From the NCBI GenBank assembly GCA_963783305.1, contig CAWAMW010000016.1, forward strand, positions 32,001 to 96,000: a DNA stretch of 64,000 nt, in the 5' to 3' direction. The stretch is from an uncultured Gemmatimonadales bacterium. GTDB taxonomy: Bacteria > Gemmatimonadota > Gemmatimonadetes > Longimicrobiales > RSA9. Below the pieces are notes generated by a model. The model was not told the origin of the DNA. It ran no database searches and was given only the letters and a program-made list of their open reading frames with translations. A program made the position numbers and the translations under genes. This document shows, piece by piece, positions 10,319 through 20,134 of the stretch; position 1 is the first letter of the stretch; every line of letters begins with the position of its first letter.

Positions 10319-10403
10319 TGTACCGGAATTGACGCCGAGATGACGTTCCCGCCTCAGTGTTCCCGGAACGCTGGCAGATTCAGGCGGTCCGGGAGTATCC
10401 CAG

Positions 10404-12632
10404 ATGGAGTTCAGATTTCCTTTCGCCCACCGGCTGGTGGTGGGCTTCACGGCGGTTGTGGCCATTGTGGGTGTCGTGGCCGCGGCGCCATCCCCCGCCG
10501 CGCTCGCCCGTCCCGTCCAGGGGGCTGATGCAGAGCTGGAGCGGGTCTTCACGGCGGTGGCCGAAGGGGTTCGCTACGAGCCGTACCGTGGCATAGCCCG
10601 GGATGGCGCGACCACGGCGCTCATGGGGAGCGGGAACAGCTTCGACCAGTCGGTGCTGCTGGCCGAACGGCTCCGCTCCGAGGGGTATCAGGTCCGATTC
10701 GTACGCGGACACCTGGAGCCGGACAACCTCCGAGTCCTGCTGCGGGGGATGTACCCGCCTCGGCTGCCCGGGACGGTGGTGGGCGACGAGTACGCGCCGT
10801 TCTATCCGGAGAAGGACGCCGAGCTGCGCCATGCGGCCGAGGATCACGTCTGGGTGGAGGTCTTCCAGGGAGACGACTGGCTCCCCCTGGACCCCTCGTA
10901 TCCCCGGGCCAGGATCGGCGAGGCGTACGCACGGGCGCGGGAAACGTTCCCGGCGCCCGGTGAGGCGGACCATCAGAGGGTCACCCTCGTGCTGCACGAG
11001 AGTGACGGGCGGGGTCGGGAAAGGGAGCTGACGCGACTGAGCGGTCGCGTATCGGAGCTGGCGCTGGCGCCGATCACGCTGGTGGCGCGCGCGGTCCCGG
11101 TGACCGGTGAGCCGGAACCGGCGGCTGGCGGGAGCCCTGCCCGAAGCACGGGGATGTTCGGAGAGGCGCTGGCCGGCGAGGATGTGGTGGTGGAGGAGGA
11201 GCCGGGACGGCCCGAGGTGATCGGGACGGGGCTGGTCCGGACCCTCGACGCCAGCGGCGGGCTGGTGGATCTCCCCGGGACGGTCGTCCTGAAGGACGGC
11301 GGGGAAGCGCCGCGCCGGGAGTGGCTCACCGTGGAGATCGCCGTGCCGGGAGAGCCGCGGCGAGTCGTGGAGCGGGAGCTCCTGCCGGCGGCCGCTCCAA
11401 TGGCGACGTATCGCCGGCACACCGTGACGATCGTGAACGGGCCGGTGAGCGCGGATCTGGTGGAGCAGAGCCGCCGTTACGCTGGAGAGTCGGCCCGCCT
11501 CGATGAACGACGGGGACTGGTGCGGAAGGCCGGCCGGGTGCGCGGAGACGATGCCGGCGCGAACGCCGTGGCGCGGCGAGTGGGGCGGATGGGCGACGTG
11601 GCCGGAGCCGTCTCGGGCCACGTCCTGAACCTTCTGTTCACCCGGGACTCCGATGCGCTCACCCGTGCGGTGGCCGCGCGATCGGGCGCGGCCCTCTCAT
11701 GGCCGCGCCCGAGGGTGTTCATCACGACACTGGTGCTCCCGGACGCAGGAGGGAGCGAGACGGGGTCGCTGAGCCTGGACCTGCGGGTCAACGACATTGG
11801 TGTGCACCCGTATCCAGGGCTCCCGTCCCGTCTCGCACCCCTGCTCCAGACGGCCCGCGGTCTCCAGGACGCATCTCTCGAAGGCTCCATCGTGGCCCGC
11901 GCGGCGGGCGGTCGGGCGGTGTCCGCCGGCGCGGTGCTCGAGGCGGCGGTGCGGGAGGGGGTGCCGCTGCACGTGGTGCGTCCCGGCGGGACGACCGACG
12001 ATCGCGGTCTGCCGGCGGAGGTCGAGCGTCAGGTTCGGACGAGCCTGGCGGATGGCTACGAGGTCGTGCTGCCGGAGCGGGCGGTGGAGCTGGAGTCGGA
12101 GGAGCGCTGGGCGTGGCTCCGGGTGGACCCCGCGACGGGCGGTCTACTGGCCATCACGGAGGGTGGAGAGCACCAGGGCATGACGCAGTACACGCTGTCG
12201 GGGTCCAGCATCGGCCTGAACGACAAGATGGGGCTGGCCGTGGGGGCGATCGTCGGTGCGACCACGACGGAGTTCATGGTGGCGGGCGGCATCCTGAAGT
12301 ACGGGGGCGCCAGCGATGAGATGGTGGCGTACGTGGAGAAGCATTTGACGGCGCTGCTCTGCAACAGCTGCCGGACGGGCGCGGGCGCGTCCGCGGGCGT
12401 CAGTCTTGGAGGCGGCTCGGCCTCCATGGGCTGTTTCGAGGTGGAGAAGAAGGCGAGTGGAGAGGTGGGCGTCAAAGTCACCATCCCGTTCTGTGAGAGT
12501 TATCAGAAGGGATTCGAGTGCGCCTCCGGTCTGCTGCTGAGCGGGTTGAAGGAGGAGAGCGCGCTGAACGCGAGCGCGGAGGTCAGCGACGCCGCATGGT
12601 CGCCTCCCGAGGTCAGCCTTGGCTGTGAGTAA
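10404..12632 (+). CDS. Secreted transglutaminase-like domain protein (catalytic Cys absent)
   Basis: Signal peptide; VRYEPYRG..GNSFDQSVLL, DHVWVEV, WLPLDPS; Gly- and Cys-rich C-terminus. Confidence 0.72.
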   Translation: MEFRFPFAHRLVVGFTAVVAIVGVVAAAPSPAALARPVQGADAELERVFTAVAEGVRYEPYRGIARDGATTALMGSGNSFDQSVLLAERLRSEGYQVRFVRGHLEPDNLRVLLRGMYPPRLPGTVVGDEYAPFYPEKDAELRHAAEDHVWVEVFQGDDWLPLDPSYPRARIGEAYARARETFPAPGEADHQRVTLVLHESDGRGRERELTRLSGRVSELALAPITLVARAVPVTGEPEPAAGGSPARSTGMFGEALAGEDVVVEEEPGRPEVIGTGLVRTLDASGGLVDLPGTVVLKDGGEAPRREWLTVEIAVPGEPRRVVERELLPAAAPMATYRRHTVTIVNGPVSADLVEQSRRYAGESARLDERRGLVRKAGRVRGDDAGANAVARRVGRMGDVAGAVSGHVLNLLFTRDSDALTRAVAARSGAALSWPRPRVFITTLVLPDAGGSETGSLSLDLRVNDIGVHPYPGLPSRLAPLLQTARGLQDASLEGSIVARAAGGRAVSAGAVLEAAVREGVPLHVVRPGGTTDDRGLPAEVERQVRTSLADGYEVVLPERAVELESEERWAWLRVDPATGGLLAITEGGEHQGMTQYTLSGSSIGLNDKMGLAVGAIVGATTTEFMVAGGILKYGGASDEMVAYVEKHLTALLCNSCRTGAGASAGVSLGGGSASMGCFEVEKKASGEVGVKVTIPFCESYQKGFECASGLLLSGLKEESALNASAEVSDAAWSPPEVSLGCE

Positions 12633-12644
12633 GGGAGGAATCGG

Positions 12645-14258
12645 ATGAGTCGGCGAGTGGCGGAGCTGCCTGGCGCAAGGTTGGTGATGGCCTTGTGGGT
12701 CACCGCGCTCGCCGGGTGCGGCCGGGAGGAGGGATCGGCCGATGCGGGGCGGGAGTCGTCGGTTCCCGCGACCGCGGAAGAAGTCGTCACGGGTGATGGA
12801 GCGTCCGTGGCCGCGTCCACGGCGGAGGACTCGCTCCTGTCGAGCGGCGTGGCGTTCCCCGTGATGGCGTCGGATCTGCCGGGCCGGCTCGCGTTCTGGG
12901 GTGGCGGCTCGCCCGCCGACCTCGACGCGTATCCCGCCCCCGTCCCGGTGGCCCGAGTGACGCGTGTGACCGCGATTCCTCGGCTGAGGGCGGACCCTGG
13001 ATTCGCCGGGCCGACGGAGGGCGCGAACCGGGCCGTACGGGTGACGACAGCGGGGGTGTCCCGGCAGCGCGGACTGTTCGGCACGGAGGCGCCGGGCGGG
13101 TGGACCTTCCTGGTGGTGAGCACAGAGTGGGAGAACATCCATCCCCGCGAGCGCGTTCGGAAAGACCGTCGTCCTGACCGCACCATGGGCCTCGGCAATT
13201 TCGCGAACGCGTCACCCCCTCCTTCCTCGAGCGAGATGGTGGAGGCCGATGTCGCGTACCAGGTCCCCGCGTTCGTGGATCACGCCTATGTGGTTGTGGG
13301 AGGCAGGGCCCGTGCGCTGCACCCCGCGACGGAGGCGTTGGAGGACGGAGCGCGGCTGCGGGAGGAGTTCACGCTGCCACGGCTGGGGGACCGGCGGCGC
13401 GTCCGCTTCGCCTACCTCGTGCCGGAAGCCGCCACCGACATCGCGCTCCGCTACCTCGACTACAGTTATGGCCAGATCGAGCTCCCCCTCCTGGGGAGCC
13501 CGGAGTCGGCGGCGCGGGCGGACCGCACATCACGACCGCTCGACCGGCTGGAGCACCAGTCGCTGGAGCTGGCGGTGGACGCATTCGAGACTCTCGACTC
13601 GGGCTCGGAGCCCGGGCGGAGAACGGCCCGTGTAACCCTCGCCGGGAAGAGCCTGTCGCAGGTGCGTGAAGGGATCCGGGACATCGTCCAGCTGCCCCTG
13701 ATGGAGAGCGTCTGGCTCGAGCTCGATGGCGGCTACGTCATCGCGCCGGCGGAGTCCAGCAGCGACCCGCTGCGCTTCACACCCGAGCTGTTCCAGGAGC
13801 AGACGATCCTCTTCCATATCCCCGAGCGCGTCGACGGCGCTTCCCTCGGCGTCCGAATCGCCAACGACGTCTACCACCTGGAGCTCGGGCTCGCCCGCCC
13901 ACGGGGGCTGCCCCGTCCGCGATCGTCGCTTCGGGACGGCGATGTCCTGGAGGTGCGCTACTTCGGTCAACGCATCGACGGGGAGCACCTCATCCTGGAT
14001 CTCGGCCTAGTGCCCGTCGGTGAGGCGACCGGAGTGGATGTCCAGGTGGCTGCGCAGTTCCGGGTGAGAGCCGGGTCGGAGGACCTCCGGATCGATCGGA
14101 ATGCCACGCAGGCGCTGCCCCACGGCCGAGCGTACGACTTCGTGCTCGCTCCCGGCACGCCGATCCGTTTCGAGCTGGCCTACCGTGTACCGCCGGGTGG
14201 CGCCCCCACGGCCCTGCGGTACCGGGGCTTCACGCTGGAAGGCGAGCTGGAGCTGTGA
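12645..14258 (+). CDS. Lipoprotein with repeated Ig-like (DUF4352-like) domains
   Basis: Lipobox LAGC. Three units end in similar motifs: FAYLVPE..ALRY, LFHIPE..LGVR, LAYRVPP..ALRY. Confidence 0.62.
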   Translation: MSRRVAELPGARLVMALWVTALAGCGREEGSADAGRESSVPATAEEVVTGDGASVAASTAEDSLLSSGVAFPVMASDLPGRLAFWGGGSPADLDAYPAPVPVARVTRVTAIPRLRADPGFAGPTEGANRAVRVTTAGVSRQRGLFGTEAPGGWTFLVVSTEWENIHPRERVRKDRRPDRTMGLGNFANASPPPSSSEMVEADVAYQVPAFVDHAYVVVGGRARALHPATEALEDGARLREEFTLPRLGDRRRVRFAYLVPEAATDIALRYLDYSYGQIELPLLGSPESAARADRTSRPLDRLEHQSLELAVDAFETLDSGSEPGRRTARVTLAGKSLSQVREGIRDIVQLPLMESVWLELDGGYVIAPAESSSDPLRFTPELFQEQTILFHIPERVDGASLGVRIANDVYHLELGLARPRGLPRPRSSLRDGDVLEVRYFGQRIDGEHLILDLGLVPVGEATGVDVQVAAQFRVRAGSEDLRIDRNATQALPHGRAYDFVLAPGTPIRFELAYRVPPGGAPTALRYRGFTLEGELEL

Positions 14259-17200
14259 GGCACCCGTCCCAGTGGTGGGGGGAAGAGCCCCGTGCGCGGA
14301 TCCCCGTGCGGGCCCTGCCGCTCGCGCTGGTCGCGGGAAGCGTGCTCGGTGGCTGCGGGGAAGCCGCGGGCGAGCACGATCCGCCCGCACTCACGGGAGA
14401 CATCTACGCAGCGGTATCATCGGCGCTCCCGGACGGGTTCCTGGCAGCGTCCGCGCCGGCGCCCGGTCCCGTTCTGGTCCCTCCGGCGGACTGGTCCGAG
14501 GCGGTGGCAGAGCGGGAGCCGAACGATGCGGACTCGCTCGCGCAGCCCATGGGCCCGACCCTGACCGCGCGCGGCGAGCTGCTGGGAAGGGACAGCGACT
14601 ACTTCTCCTGGACGGTGGAAGGGGATCCGCAGTACTGGTACCTGGAGGCGATCGTCCCGGGTCGGGAGGAGGCGCTGTACGAGTCGCCGAACGGGAAAGA
14701 TCGGCTCCACCTGGCCAGCATCGGGGAAGAGGCGGACGGGTCGACCGTGCTGGCGCTGTCGGGGCTCTATCTGCTGCCTGGCGAGCACCGGCTCCGGCTC
14801 TGGAGTGGGGACGAGGAGGGGACCGCCGAATACCGGGTGCGTGCGGTGCCCATGGGGCCGGGAGATCCGCGTCTCGAGCGCGAGCCCAACGACGACGAGG
14901 ACCGCGCGCACTCCCTGACTCCGGGCGTGCCCCGGTTCGGCTACCTGCCGGGAAACGACCGCGACTCGTACCGGTACCGCCTCCGGCAGCCGGAGCGGGT
15001 TCGGATCGAGGTCACGAGCCCGGCGGCGCAGCGCCTCGAACTCACCGTGCGGTTTCCCGCGGGCGAGAACCGCACGCTGACGGCTCCGGAATCCGGCGCC
15101 CCGCTGGTGTACGAGGGGCTTAGCCCCGTGGGGGAATTGTCGCTGTCGGTCAGGAGCCTCCAGGGCGGCGGGAGCGACCCGTACCGAATCGCACTCGCCC
15201 GGCTCGACCCGTTCGAGCGGCCCGGGGACCTGGAGCCGAACGACGACGCGGGCCGGGCCGGGCCCCTCCCCGCGACCGGTGTCGCGGAAGGGGATGCCAG
15301 CGGATACGACAGGGACTGGTTCCGGCTGCCATCTACCCCCGCCGGCACGCGCGTGACGCTGGCGCATTCTCTGGAACGGGGTCGGGCTCGAGACGGACTG
15401 CGGCTCCACGTGAGCACCAATGGAGCCCGTCCGACCCGCATCCCATGGGAGCGGGACGACAATATTCTTACCGCCGTACTGCCGGATTCCGGGGTCCCCT
15501 TCCTCGAGGTGAACGTGGACACGGCGTACAGGGTGGAGGTGCGGCTCGACCCCGCGCAGGCCGAGAGGCTCCCACCGCCTGCGCCGCCTTCCGTGACTCT
15601 CTCCCTCTCCGCCCCGGTGCAGACGGTGGCCGCGTTCTGGAGCCGGGCGCAGCGGCTCCGCGTGCCCGTGCGGATCGATAACACGGGTGACGTGGAAGAG
15701 ACGCTCGATTTCGACGCGCTGGTATCCGACCCCCGATGGTCAGCCGTGCTGGAGCCGCAGCGGGTGTCGGTGCCGGCGGGTGGGAGCGCTGGGGCCATGG
15801 CCGTGGTCCTGATCCCGCCCATGGCCGCCAGTGCGGCGCCGGTGCAGCTCGCGGTGGCCGCGTTCGGGTCCGGCCGGGGACACGTGGGCGCCGCCGTCCA
15901 GATCCTCGGCGTGTGCGGCGCGCCGGCGGTGGGGGAGGAGGACTGGTGGCCGGTCCCGGAGGTGATGCTGGGCGGGCTGAACGTGGCGGCTCTGGCCCTC
16001 GGTGCCGGACCCGTCGATGAGGGCTCCGCTTCCTGGACGAGCGAGGAAACGCTCCTCCACGACGAGATGATGCCCGTCCGCTCCGGTTGGGCCGCGGACA
16101 ACGCGGCGCTCCCTGTCGAGCACGACGTACGACTGGCGGGGCCCGGGCTGAGCGAGGTGGTGGGCGTGGTGCTGATGGCCGCGCCGGAGCCGTGGCAGGT
16201 TCCGCCCCGTCGCTTCGAAGTGCTCCTGTCCATTGACGGCGAGCGCTGGGAGCGGGCTCTGGTGGCGGAGCTGCGGGACGTATCGGAAGCGCAGTCGTTC
16301 GTCCTTCCGAATCCCACCACCGCGGCGTTCGCGAAGCTCCGGATCGTGGACGCGCACCGCAAGCAGCCCCACGAGAGCGGGCAGGTCCAGCTGGGCGAAT
16401 TCCAGGTGATCGCGCGGCCGGCCACGCACGCGCTGGAGCGGCGCGAGCTCGACCTGGCCGATCCGCGGCTCGGAGGCCACGTGGTCCGCAGCAGCCCGCA
16501 CGTGCGCTACGCCACCCGGAACATCCTCGGCGAGGGGCGGCGCCCCGTCTTCCGCCCCGACCCCGCCGAGCCCTCGGCCCTAGTGCTCGGTTTCCAGCAC
16601 GACCGCGCGGCCCAGCTGCGGAGGATCGAGTGGGTCCAGCCGTCGGATCCCCAGGCGGACCTGTACGAGAGCGTCCGGATCGCGGCCAGCACCGAGAGTC
16701 CGCTGGGCCCGTGGGTCGCGCTGGGTGAGCTCCACCTCGATGCGACTCATGGCGGCACCAGCACCCTGGAGTTCGGGAGCCCGATCTGGGCGCGGTTCCT
16801 CCGCTTCACTCCGGCGGAGGCAGGGGGCGGCCCGGAGGTCCGCTACCGCCATTTTCCGGACCGGTTGCGCGTGATCGAGCGTGTGCCGGACGAGGAGTAC
16901 CGGTCGATCCTCGGCGCCTGGGGCCTCTACGACCGGAACGCGATCTATGAGAAGCTGACCGCGCGCCGCCGCCCTTCTTCGTCCGCGCCCGGAAACACCG
17001 ACCGTGCCCGTGCGCTGGCCCTCGAACCCGGGCACCCGGTGGCCGGAGTGGTGGAGGCGCAGGGGCGGGAAGCGTGGTACAGGATCGAGGTGCCTCGTGG
17101 GGAGAACCACCTGGAGATCGCCATCGCGCAGGATCCGGGTGTGGTGGTGCAGGTGAGCGTGCTGACTGAAACCGGGGGTGTGGTGCCGGTGGAACGGGCG

Positions 17201-18565
17201 CCGGCACCCGGCCGCTCAGCGCTTTGGAGCGCGGCGGTGGAAGGGGGCGCGACCTACTACGTACGGGTGGCGGAGCCGTGGCGGAACATCACGATCGCGT
17301 GGGACCAGAGCGGCAGCGTGGGCCCGTTCCGGGGGGCGCTGGACCGGGCCCTCACCCGGTTCGTCGAGCAGGTGAAGCCGGGGGTGGAGCGGCTCAACCT
17401 GCTGCCCTTCCGGGATGAGCCCGACGGGCGGTTCGTTCTCGACGAGTTCACCGACCAGGCGGTGCTGCTCCAGGCGGGCCTCGCCTGGAACGGCGAAGGG
17501 GACGGCAGCAGCGAAGCCGAACGCAACCTGCTGGCGGCGAGCCGGGGCATGACCGACCTCGCGGGGACCCGGGCGATCCTGCTCATGACCGACGCGGAAA
17601 GCGATGACAGCGACGTGGTCCCGGAGCTGTGGCGATCCCTCGAGCAGGACCGGCCGCGCATCTTCGCCGTTGAGCTCCAGAGCGGCCAACCGGATCTGCA
17701 GGATGTGATGCAGGACTGGGCGGCCGCGGGCGGCGGTCGCTACGACTACTTCTCCAGCGCCGACGAGCTGGACGCCGCGTTCGAGCGCATGTCGTGCGTA
17801 CTCCGGCAGCCCTCGCTCTTCACGATCTCCGCCACCACCCGCTATCGGGAGCCGCCGGGCCCCGCGCGGATCCGCGTCCTGATGGACAGCAGCCGGGTGC
17901 CTCAGGGGGCCATCGAGCTGGTGCTCAATGCCTCAGGGAGCATGCTGCAGCGGTTGGATGGGACGCGCCGAATCGACATCGCACGGGGGGTCCTCGAGCA
18001 CCTCATAGCCGAGGATCTGCCCGCCGGGACCCCGCTGGCCCTGCGCGTCTTCGGTCACCGGGAAGCGAACGCCTGCCGCACCGACCTGGAGGCCCCGCTG
18101 GCGCCCCTGGACCGCGACGCAATGCGCCAGCGGATCCGTGGCATCGAGGCCATGAACCTCGCGAGGACCCCCATCGGCGCCTCGCTGCTGGAGGTCCGAA
18201 CGGACCTGCGGGGCGCAGCCGGGCGCAAGATCGTGGTGCTGATCACCGACGGGGAAGAGACCTGTGACGGCGACCCGGCCGCGGCCATCGACTCGCTCAA
18301 GGCGTGGGGGGTCGACCCCCGGCTGAGCGTGATCGGGTTCGCCGTGGACGATGAGGGGCTGAAGGCGGAGTTCCAGCGGTGGGCCCGGGCTGGCGGCGGG
18401 CAGTACTTCGAGGCCTGGGGCGCGGCCGAGCTCGGCGAAGCCCTCCGCAAGGCCCTGCGGCCGAAGTACCAGATCGTGAGCGAAACCGGTGAGATCGTCG
18501 CGGAAGGAAGCGCCGGGGATGGGGGGCAGAGGTGCCCCCCGGCCGTTACGGCGTGCGGCTGTTGA
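14255..18565 (+). CDS. Large lipoprotein with PPC-like repeats, discoidin-like domains and two VWA domains; true C-terminus probably extends to 18648 (frameshift)
   Basis: Lipobox LGGC; three (E/D)xEPND repeats; AWDQSGS and VLNASGSM MIDAS-like motifs, LMTDAE, LITDGEETCDGDP. Confidence 0.8.
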   Translation: MRHPSQWWGEEPRARIPVRALPLALVAGSVLGGCGEAAGEHDPPALTGDIYAAVSSALPDGFLAASAPAPGPVLVPPADWSEAVAEREPNDADSLAQPMGPTLTARGELLGRDSDYFSWTVEGDPQYWYLEAIVPGREEALYESPNGKDRLHLASIGEEADGSTVLALSGLYLLPGEHRLRLWSGDEEGTAEYRVRAVPMGPGDPRLEREPNDDEDRAHSLTPGVPRFGYLPGNDRDSYRYRLRQPERVRIEVTSPAAQRLELTVRFPAGENRTLTAPESGAPLVYEGLSPVGELSLSVRSLQGGGSDPYRIALARLDPFERPGDLEPNDDAGRAGPLPATGVAEGDASGYDRDWFRLPSTPAGTRVTLAHSLERGRARDGLRLHVSTNGARPTRIPWERDDNILTAVLPDSGVPFLEVNVDTAYRVEVRLDPAQAERLPPPAPPSVTLSLSAPVQTVAAFWSRAQRLRVPVRIDNTGDVEETLDFDALVSDPRWSAVLEPQRVSVPAGGSAGAMAVVLIPPMAASAAPVQLAVAAFGSGRGHVGAAVQILGVCGAPAVGEEDWWPVPEVMLGGLNVAALALGAGPVDEGSASWTSEETLLHDEMMPVRSGWAADNAALPVEHDVRLAGPGLSEVVGVVLMAAPEPWQVPPRRFEVLLSIDGERWERALVAELRDVSEAQSFVLPNPTTAAFAKLRIVDAHRKQPHESGQVQLGEFQVIARPATHALERRELDLADPRLGGHVVRSSPHVRYATRNILGEGRRPVFRPDPAEPSALVLGFQHDRAAQLRRIEWVQPSDPQADLYESVRIAASTESPLGPWVALGELHLDATHGGTSTLEFGSPIWARFLRFTPAEAGGGPEVRYRHFPDRLRVIERVPDEEYRSILGAWGLYDRNAIYEKLTARRRPSSSAPGNTDRARALALEPGHPVAGVVEAQGREAWYRIEVPRGENHLEIAIAQDPGVVVQVSVLTETGGVVPVERAPAPGRSALWSAAVEGGATYYVRVAEPWRNITIAWDQSGSVGPFRGALDRALTRFVEQVKPGVERLNLLPFRDEPDGRFVLDEFTDQAVLLQAGLAWNGEGDGSSEAERNLLAASRGMTDLAGTRAILLMTDAESDDSDVVPELWRSLEQDRPRIFAVELQSGQPDLQDVMQDWAAAGGGRYDYFSSADELDAAFERMSCVLRQPSLFTISATTRYREPPGPARIRVLMDSSRVPQGAIELVLNASGSMLQRLDGTRRIDIARGVLEHLIAEDLPAGTPLALRVFGHREANACRTDLEAPLAPLDRDAMRQRIRGIEAMNLARTPIGASLLEVRTDLRGAAGRKIVVLITDGEETCDGDPAAAIDSLKAWGVDPRLSVIGFAVDDEGLKAEFQRWARAGGGQYFEAWGAAELGEALRKALRPKYQIVSETGEIVAEGSAGDGGQRCPPAVTACGC

Positions 18566-18679
18566 TCTCGCCGGTCGCTGCATCGCCCACCCTAGAGGTC
18601 AGCGGGGACCAGCAGGTCGTCGTAACCCTACCGGAAACACCCAGGTGAGATTGTCCACGTCAAACCTCAAGGAGACATC

Positions 18680-19207
18680 ATGCATCAGACACGTGAGCAG
18701 GTAGATACGCAGGCGACCGCGACCGGCGGCTCGGGACAGGATCCGCGCACGGCCGGAGTTCCCGACACAACCCAGCCGGCGGGCCCCGTCCCGGCCGATC
18801 TGGGGACACGGATCATCGCCGGTTTGATCGACACAGGTCTGGCCATCGTGGTCGGCTTCATCCCCCTGATCGGCGGACTGGCGGCCACGGCGTACTGGCT
18901 GGTACGGGACGGCCTCGAGGTCAATGGGCTGCGGCATCGCTCGCTGGGCAAGAAGCTCATGGGCCTGAAGCCGGTGCGGCTGGACGGGGCGTCCATGGAC
19001 CTTGCCACCTCGGCCCGTCGCAACTGGCCGTTCGCGTTCGGCGGCGTCGTTCAGATCCTGATGTTCATCCCGTTCGTCGGCTGGCTCCTCATGGTGCCTG
19101 TGGCGCTGGTGGCGCTGGTCGTGGGGATCACGGAGATCGTGCTGATCCTGACCGGTGGCCGTCGGCTCGGGGATCGCACGGCCGGCACGCAGGTGGTGAA
19201 GGCATGA
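18680..19207 (+). CDS. RDD family membrane protein
   Basis: AAGGAG RBS; RIIAGLID, SLGKKLMGL, RRN, RRLGDRTAGTQV. Confidence 0.9.
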   Translation: MHQTREQVDTQATATGGSGQDPRTAGVPDTTQPAGPVPADLGTRIIAGLIDTGLAIVVGFIPLIGGLAATAYWLVRDGLEVNGLRHRSLGKKLMGLKPVRLDGASMDLATSARRNWPFAFGGVVQILMFIPFVGWLLMVPVALVALVVGITEIVLILTGGRRLGDRTAGTQVVKA

Positions 19208-20100
19208 TGAGGGGGACGATCGCCGCTGTCGCAGCGCTCATGATCGCTGCCCCCCTCACCGGGCAGGCTGTGCGCTGGGTCGCACCCGTGTACCCGGGAG
19301 CGGTGGAAGCCGGGGACAAGGGGATATTCCTGTCCCGCGACGGGGCGGAGAAGGTGGTCGCTTTCTACCAGGGCCGGCTCGGTGCGGGAAAGACGGCCGG
19401 GAAGACCGACCGGTGGGTGGCGCCGTACGCCTATACCGATGAGGGCGACACCTACTGGCTGGTGGTTTCCTTCGACGAGGCCCGGGCCATTACCGGGGAG
19501 ACCCTGAACGAGAACATGAGCACCACGGCCGCCGGGGTGCTGGTGAGAGGGCTGTACCCTGAGGCCCGGGTCGATCCGGAGAGCCCGGGCGACCTGCGGG
19601 CGGTCGGCAGCTATTACGACCGGATCGAAACCATGGTGCGGCTCGGCTCCCTCGAGCGGGCCCCGGCTCGCGCGCTCATGGAGAAGTACAGACACCTCGC
19701 CCGTCGCCACTATCCCCGTGTGGATCGGAGGGGGCAGCGGGTGCCGCTGTACGAGGTGCAGGAGGCCCGCTGTGGCGACCAGATCCTGACGGGAGTCGTC
19801 GCGACTACGGCCGCACCGCCCACCGAGGAGACCCTCGAAGCGATGACGGCGCGGATGGAGTCGCTGATTGCCGAGGGGAAGGTACAGGAGGCGCTGCAGC
19901 TCCAGCAGCGGGTGATGGAGCTGGCCATGGGTGGCGCCATGGCGGAGGCGGCGGCGGACGCAGAAGAGGATGGTCTCCCCACAATGAAGTCCGGGGAGAT
20001 CCTGCAGCGATTCGAGGCGTGCCTCCAGGAACTGGAGACGCAGTCGTACGCCACGCTCATCACCATCAGTACCCACCCCTCACAATGGCCCAGACACTGA
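19204..20100 (+). CDS. Secreted hypothetical protein
   Basis: ATGA overlap with the RDD gene; signal peptide; PVYPGA...DGAEKVVAFY motif. Confidence 0.7.
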   Translation: MMRGTIAAVAALMIAAPLTGQAVRWVAPVYPGAVEAGDKGIFLSRDGAEKVVAFYQGRLGAGKTAGKTDRWVAPYAYTDEGDTYWLVVSFDEARAITGETLNENMSTTAAGVLVRGLYPEARVDPESPGDLRAVGSYYDRIETMVRLGSLERAPARALMEKYRHLARRHYPRVDRRGQRVPLYEVQEARCGDQILTGVVATTAAPPTEETLEAMTARMESLIAEGKVQEALQLQQRVMELAMGGAMAEAAADAEEDGLPTMKSGEILQRFEACLQELETQSYATLITISTHPSQWPRH

Positions 20101-20134
20101 CCCCGATCCGCGTCCGCGCGGAGGAAGGTGCATC

